Below, in pieces: positions 30,551-35,795 of a stretch of 35,795 nt of DNA (its first letter is position 1; each line of letters opens with the position of its first letter). Below the pieces are notes generated by a model, which was given only the letters and a program-made list of their open reading frames with translations, did no database searches and had not been told where the DNA came from. The position numbers and the translations under genes are program-made. The stretch comes from Prevotella sp. (GTDB taxonomy: Bacteria; Bacteroidota; Bacteroidia; Bacteroidales; Dysgonomonadaceae), in the NCBI GenBank assembly GCA_031285625.1, contig JAITVV010000059.1, forward strand, positions 1 through 35,795, read 5' to 3'.

Positions 30551-31705
30551 ATGATAAACAGATTCGTTCTGAATGAGGTGGCTTATTTTGGTCCGGGCGC
30601 CCGTCTAGTTTTACCTGATGAGATAAAAAGACTGGGATTGCATAAGGCTTTTGTTGTGACAGATAAAGATCTGATAAAGTTCGGTGTGGCTGAAAAAGTG
30701 CTTTCTGTTCTTGAAACGGCAAAAATACCATATGAAGTGTTCAGTGAAATAAAACAGAATCCGACTGTAAAGAATGTAAAAGACGGATTGACTGCATATG
30801 CCGGATCGGGAGCCGATTTTATTCTGGCTATTGGTGGAGGTTCATCTATCGATACGGCGAAGGCTATAGGCATTGTTTCCAATAATCCGGAATTCAGTGA
30901 TATTGTTTCCCTGGAAGGAACAGCGGCCACCAAAAATAAATCAGTACCTGTTATTGCGTTGCCTACCACGGCCGGAACAGCCGCCGAGGTAACAATCAAC
31001 TATGTGATAACAGACGAAGTAAATCAAAAGAAAATGGTTTGCGTCGATCCGAATGATATACCGATTCTGGCTATTGTAGACGCAGAACTGATGTACACAT
31101 TGCCGAAGAGCCTTACGGCAGCTACGGGTATGGATGCATTGACTCATGCTATAGAAGGCTTGATTACAAAAGGGGCATGGGAGATGAGTGATATGTTCGA
31201 AATAAAGGCTATCGAAATGATAAACCGCCACTTGGTGACTGCTACATTCGAACCGGATAATGCTGAAGCCCGCAACGGTATGGCTGTAGCTCAATATATT
31301 GCAGGAATGGCATTCTCAAATGTAGGCTTGGGTCTTGTACATGGTATGGCGCATCCTCTGGGTGCAATATTCGATATACCGCATGGTGTGGCAAATGCTA
31401 TGTTGCTCCCTACAGTGATGGAATATAATTCTCCTGCTGCTATCGGCAAATATGTGACAATAGCTAAGGCGATGGATGTATATCAGCCCGGAAAATCGAA
31501 AGTAGAAAACGCGCAACTGGCGATCAATGCCGTAAAACACCTGGCTGAAAAAGTCGGTATACCTGAACATTTGAGTGAATTCGGAATTACAGAAAACGAT
31601 TTGGATAAACTGGCAGAAGCGGCAGTAAATGATGTTTGCACTCCCGGCAATCCGAGGGAAGTAACCAAAGAAATTATTATTGAATTATATAGAAAAGTAT
31701 TATGA
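30551..31705 (+). CDS. fucO: Lactaldehyde reductase (1,2-propanediol oxidoreductase), Fe-ADH family
   Basis: NRFVLNEVAYFG, GGGSSIDTAKAI, PTTAGTAAEVTINYVITD, GMDALTHAIE, HGMAHPLG..HGVAN, DVCTPGNPR. Confidence 0.93.
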   Translation: MINRFVLNEVAYFGPGARLVLPDEIKRLGLHKAFVVTDKDLIKFGVAEKVLSVLETAKIPYEVFSEIKQNPTVKNVKDGLTAYAGSGADFILAIGGGSSIDTAKAIGIVSNNPEFSDIVSLEGTAATKNKSVPVIALPTTAGTAAEVTINYVITDEVNQKKMVCVDPNDIPILAIVDAELMYTLPKSLTAATGMDALTHAIEGLITKGAWEMSDMFEIKAIEMINRHLVTATFEPDNAEARNGMAVAQYIAGMAFSNVGLGLVHGMAHPLGAIFDIPHGVANAMLLPTVMEYNSPAAIGKYVTIAKAMDVYQPGKSKVENAQLAINAVKHLAEKVGIPEHLSEFGITENDLDKLAEAAVNDVCTPGNPREVTKEIIIELYRKVL

Positions 31706-32346
31706 TAACCCAGGAACATATAGAGCAGTTTATAGAAGCTGCTCATCGTGTCGGTCGCGAACGTCTTCAATTATGCAGTAGTGGAAACCTGTCGTGGAGA
31801 GTAGAAGAAAACCGGGCTTTGGTATCGGGAACAGGTTCATGGTTGCCGCGTCTAGCCAAAGAGAATGTTGCCATATGCGATATTTCAACAGGAATGCCTG
31901 TCGATGGACCTAAACCGTCTATGGAGAGCGTATTTCATTTAGGCGTTTTGCGTGAGCGTAAAGACATGAATGTGGTACTGCATTTCCAGTCGGAATTTGC
32001 TACTATCGTTTCCTGTATGAAGAATAAACCGGGAAACTTTAATGTTGTGGCAGAAGTTCCTTGTTATTGCGGAAAAGAAATTCCTGTTATACCTTATTTC
32101 CGTCCGGGATCGAAAGAACTGGCAGAGGCAGTAACAGAAGCATTGACCGATCACGATTGTGTGCTGATGGGCAAACACGGTCAGGCTGTATGTGGAAAAG
32201 ACTTTGACGATGCTTTTCAGAAGGCCGTATTTTTCGAACTCGCATGTAGCATTATTGTACGTGCTGGTGAAGGAAACTATCAGACTCTGACCGAAGATGA
32301 AATTCGCGATCTTGAAGTTTATATATTGGGAAAAAACACAAAATAA
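31702..32346 (+). CDS. fucA: L-fuculose-1-phosphate aldolase (class II), intact
   Basis: CSSGNLSWR, KPSMESVFHLG, VVLHFQS, HG motifs; overlaps fucO stop (ATGA). Confidence 0.88.
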   Translation: MITQEHIEQFIEAAHRVGRERLQLCSSGNLSWRVEENRALVSGTGSWLPRLAKENVAICDISTGMPVDGPKPSMESVFHLGVLRERKDMNVVLHFQSEFATIVSCMKNKPGNFNVVAEVPCYCGKEIPVIPYFRPGSKELAEAVTEALTDHDCVLMGKHGQAVCGKDFDDAFQKAVFFELACSIIVRAGEGNYQTLTEDEIRDLEVYILGKNTK

Positions 32347-32351
32347 ATACG

Positions 32352-33812
32352 ATGGCTTATTTGGCTTTAGATCTCGGTGCCGGAAGTGGCCGGGCTATTG
32401 TAGGAACTATTGAGGACGAAAAACTGGAACTTATTGAAATACACCGTTTCAATAATGTTCCCGTAAAGATGGGAAATACTCTCTATTGGGATTTTCTATC
32501 CTTATTTTCGAATATCAAAGAGAGTATCCGGTTGGCTGTAAAAAGAGGCTATGTGTTGCAAGGAATAGCTGTGGATACCTGGGGTGTTGATTTCGGACTA
32601 ATTGACAAATCCGGTAAATTACTCTCGAACCCTGTATGCTACCGGGATAGCCGTACTAAAGGAATGATGCCGGGAGCAATGAAATTAATATCTCAGAACG
32701 AACTGTATTCCATAACCGGAATCCAGCAAATGGAGATTAATTCTGTATTCCAGCTAATGAGCATGGGGAAACATAAAGATCCGACTTTATTAGTGGGGGA
32801 CAGACTATTGTTTACACCGGATCTGATAAACTTTTTCCTCACAGGCACTGTCTGCAATGAGTACACAATAGCTTCGACTTCCCAACTCTTAAACGCCCAA
32901 ACAAAAGAATGGGAAAAAAGTATATTCGACCGGCTGGGTCTGCCATCACATATGATGAGTGAAATCATACACCCTTGTTCTGTGATAGGAGAATTAAACA
33001 AGGATATTGCGGTGGAAACAGGAGTCGAAAACTCCAACGTATTTGCCGTAGGCTCTCATGATACAGCGAGCGCTATAGCTGCTATTCCGATGGAAGATGA
33101 TAATTGTGCCTTTCTTAGTTCAGGAACATGGTCTTTGCTGGGAGTTTTGCTGGACGAACCGATACTTAGTAATGAAGCTATGAATAATGAATTTACGAAT
33201 GAAGGCGGGGTTGATAATAAGATTCTCTTTATGAGGAATATTACAGGGCTTTGGTTGCTTCAACGTTTAATAGCCGAATGGGAAAAAAGTAATGAGGAAC
33301 TGTCTTATGAATATCTTTTATCAGCATGTAATCAAAGTGAACCTTTCCGCAGTATTGTAGACAGTGACGATCCGCTATTCAACAATCCGGCTTCAATGAC
33401 TGCGGCAATCAGGGAATATTGTACATATACTAACCAGAAATGCCCTGAAACACAAGGGGAGTTTGTTCGTTGTGTCCTTGAATCACTGGCTTTGAAGTAT
33501 AAAGTTGTGATGGAGAAACTGCAGGACTGTACAGGTAAGAAGATACAAAAGTTATATGTAGTAGGGGGAGGCAGCCGGAATGAGCTGTTGAACCAGTATA
33601 TATCGGACGCCCTGAATATGGAGGTAATCACAGGGCTTACAGAAGCAACAGCCATCGGAAATATCGTACAACAGGCTATAGCGAATAAACAGCTGGCGAA
33701 TATGAAAAAAGGCCATCAGATAATAAGTAACAGCTTTGATTTTAAATCTTACTATCCTCAAAACAGTGAAGATTGGGAGAATGCGGTGAAAACGTATGCC
33801 AATATATTCTGA
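32352..33812 (+). CDS. fucK: L-fuculokinase (FGGY, RhaB-like)
   Basis: LALDLGAGSGR, DTWGVDF, YRDSRT, SHDTASA, SSGTWSLLG, FTNEGG, VGGGSRN, EATAIGN; operon context. Confidence 0.85.
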   Translation: MAYLALDLGAGSGRAIVGTIEDEKLELIEIHRFNNVPVKMGNTLYWDFLSLFSNIKESIRLAVKRGYVLQGIAVDTWGVDFGLIDKSGKLLSNPVCYRDSRTKGMMPGAMKLISQNELYSITGIQQMEINSVFQLMSMGKHKDPTLLVGDRLLFTPDLINFFLTGTVCNEYTIASTSQLLNAQTKEWEKSIFDRLGLPSHMMSEIIHPCSVIGELNKDIAVETGVENSNVFAVGSHDTASAIAAIPMEDDNCAFLSSGTWSLLGVLLDEPILSNEAMNNEFTNEGGVDNKILFMRNITGLWLLQRLIAEWEKSNEELSYEYLLSACNQSEPFRSIVDSDDPLFNNPASMTAAIREYCTYTNQKCPETQGEFVRCVLESLALKYKVVMEKLQDCTGKKIQKLYVVGGGSRNELLNQYISDALNMEVITGLTEATAIGNIVQQAIANKQLANMKKGHQIISNSFDFKSYYPQNSEDWENAVKTYANIF

Positions 33813-33850
33813 AATAACTATTTTGTGATTGAAAAAAGAATTAATACCAT

Positions 33851-35185
33851 ATGAACAACACTAAGAAATCATTATTTACGGGAAGTCAGGGACAAAGTTA
33901 CCTGTTTCCTTTCATCCTGATAACAAGCCTTTTCTTCTTATGGGGGTTTGCCCACAGCCTGCTGGATGTATTAAATAAACATTTCCAGGATTCACTGCAT
34001 CTGACAAAGGCCCAATCGGGAGCCGTACAGGCATCGGCCTATGGAGCTTATTTCCTGATGGCGATACCGGCAGGTATAATTGCCCGGAAATTTGGGTATA
34101 AAAGAGGTATAATCGTAGGGCTTATCTTGTTTGCCTTAGGTGCATTCTGGTTTGTCCCGGCAGTAAGCATCGATACATTCTGGGCTTTTTTGCTGGGACT
34201 TCTTATTCTGTTTTGCGGGCTGACCTGCCTCGAAACAGTGGCTAATCCGTATACAATCGTATTGGGACCACCCGAAACATCTGCCAGCCGTATTAATCTT
34301 GCACAGACATTCAATGCTATCGGATGGATACTGGGCCCTTTGGTAGGCTCTATACTTATCTTTGGTAATGAGTCGGATAAATCTATATTTGAATTATTTA
34401 CAGAAGCGCTGGAGAAAGTCTTTCTGGGTGCTGCTGACACAGTTCAGACTGTGGCAAATACCGTAGAGGAACATACCGGTAATTCGGCCCTGATACCACC
34501 CTATGTAAGTTTAGGTATCTTAGTCCTTTTGGTGCTGGTTCTGTTCTTATTCACCAAACTTCCGGAGATATCCTCAAACGATGACGCACATCGAGCAGAA
34601 GTTGATAATACTATCACAAATAATAAACCATTGGTCAAACAAAAGCATTTCGTGATGGCTGTTATAGCCCAGCTTTTATATGTGGCGGCGCAAACCGGTA
34701 TCGGCAGCTTTTTTATTAACTACACGATAGAAGTAAAAGAGCTGCAACTGAACGAAATGCAGGGTGGACTCTTGCTCGGTATGGGCGGTATGGCATTGTT
34801 TGCCATCGGACGCTTCTCGGGAAGCTTTATCATGCGAAAAATCAAGCCCGGAACCTTATTGGGTACATTTGCCCTGATAAATACCTTGCTAATGCTGTTT
34901 GTGACTCTTAATCATAACCGCTTTGGTGTAATGGCACTGATTGCATCCTATCTGTTTATGTCGATTATGTTCCCTTCCATTTTTGCCTTGGGGGTAAAAG
35001 GCTTGGGGGAGAAAACAAAAACGGCAGCCTCTATTCTTGTACTGACAGTAGTCGGAGGGGCTATAGCGCCTGGTCTTATGGGAGTAATAGGAGCGAAAAG
35101 CATGAATACAGGCTTTATTATTCCGCTAATCTGCTTCTTGTATATTTCATTTTTCGGATATATAGGCGGACGGATAAAAAATTGA
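33851..35185 (+). CDS. fucP: L-fucose:H+ symporter (MFS, FucP family)
   Basis: FILITSLFFLWGFA, LETVANPY, RINLAQTFN, LYVAAQ, MSIMFPSIFALG, multiple TM helices. Confidence 0.85.
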   Translation: MNNTKKSLFTGSQGQSYLFPFILITSLFFLWGFAHSLLDVLNKHFQDSLHLTKAQSGAVQASAYGAYFLMAIPAGIIARKFGYKRGIIVGLILFALGAFWFVPAVSIDTFWAFLLGLLILFCGLTCLETVANPYTIVLGPPETSASRINLAQTFNAIGWILGPLVGSILIFGNESDKSIFELFTEALEKVFLGAADTVQTVANTVEEHTGNSALIPPYVSLGILVLLVLVLFLFTKLPEISSNDDAHRAEVDNTITNNKPLVKQKHFVMAVIAQLLYVAAQTGIGSFFINYTIEVKELQLNEMQGGLLLGMGGMALFAIGRFSGSFIMRKIKPGTLLGTFALINTLLMLFVTLNHNRFGVMALIASYLFMSIMFPSIFALGVKGLGEKTKTAASILVLTVVGGAIAPGLMGVIGAKSMNTGFIIPLICFLYISFFGYIGGRIKN

Positions 35186-35263
35186 AAAACAATTATTTGC
35201 TTTATGAAGTAAAGAGTCCGGATACCTTATTCTATTCACAAATATGAATATCCTTATATTAAG

Positions 35264-35332
35264 AATGTCGGTTTTGTGCAATAAACTGGTCGGATATGTG
35301 AAAAGCATTAACAAAAACTTAGCGTATTTTTG
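35264..35332 (+). promoter_or_regulatory. Third copy of the fuc operator/promoter architecture
   Basis: TCGGTTTTGTG (35268) and TCGGATATGTG (35290), 22-bp period; TATTTTTG at 35325, same 35-bp offset as promoters 1 and 2. Confidence 0.7.
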
Positions 35333-35460
35333 AAAAATCAATCATTGTAACCATATTCATGCTTGTAATATAAACCAGTTAATGACACAATCCCAACAAA
35401 AATACAGCGAACCGCAACGATTATTCCTCTCTGAAAATTTGGAAGTTAGCATTGTTTTGT

Positions 35461-35519
<59 letters not shown>

Positions 35520-35537
35520 AATCCCATTATATTAAGG

Positions 35538-35590
35538 ACAGAAAGCCTTTGTTTATCTTTTGCAGATAAGCAAAGGCTTTCTGTTTATAT
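35538..35590 (+). terminator. Strong terminator-like hairpin within the leader
   Basis: ACAGAAAGCCTTTGTTTATCT-TTTGC-AGATAAGCAAAGGCTTTCTGT, 21-bp stem with one U-G pair, T-rich 3' end (TTTCTGTTTATAT). Confidence 0.75.
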
Positions 35591-35676
35591 TCCATGCCTG
35601 ACCTGCAAAGGTCAGATTAATCTATAGAACATTCTAACCCTAATTAATTATTATATGTTAATTTAATTATTAATCT

Positions 35677-35795
35677 ATGAAAAAATCTAAAACAAAATTG
35701 AAAAAGCATGATGGATGCCTTTTTCACAGAAGTATGAGAATTTGTTTTATACTGTTCTCTGCCGGTTTTTGGACGATGCTGTCTGCTGCTCCGGT
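35677..35795 (+). CDS. 5' end of an exported protein, possibly SusC-like (runs off window)
   Basis: MKKSKTKLKKHDGCLFHRSMRICFILFSAGFWTMLSAAP: long basic N-region then hydrophobic stretch, as in many SusC signal regions; AT-rich upstream. Confidence 0.5.
   Translation, partial: MKKSKTKLKKHDGCLFHRSMRICFILFSAGFWTMLSAAP

Noticed and set aside
678-34440. Many 60-145 aa ORFs overlapping the main genes
   Set aside because: Antisense or off-frame within well-supported CDSs, with no recognisable motifs

Overview
Bacteroidales (Dysgonomonas-like) chromosomal window with four parts. (1) 1-19693: an arabinan/arabinose polysaccharide utilisation locus on the - strand (GH43, GH51, GH43 endo-arabinanase, SusC, SusD, DUF3823-type lipoprotein, O-acetyltransferase, GH97, GH51, then the 5' end of transketolase), with a divergent hybrid two-component regulator and a frameshifted AraC relic inside it. 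(2) 19700-22582: three tandem paralogous secreted proteins of unknown function. (3) 22927-26077: an L-fucose locus (AraC / fucI / fucA) whose fucA breaks off at about codon 78-80, just before a tyrosine integrase. (4) 26242-35795: the integrase, then a second, diverged and more complete fucose locus (AraC / fucI-fucO-fucA-fucK-fucP), then a leader holding an (AG)28 tract inside a uORF and a strong terminator-like hairpin, ahead of a probable SusC-like gene. Main observations: an apparent integrative island that disrupts fucA and supplies a replacement fuc operon; an operator/promoter architecture repeated three times with identical spacing; and a candidate phase-variable (slipped-strand) attenuator. 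Family assignments come from motif recognition only; no searches were run.
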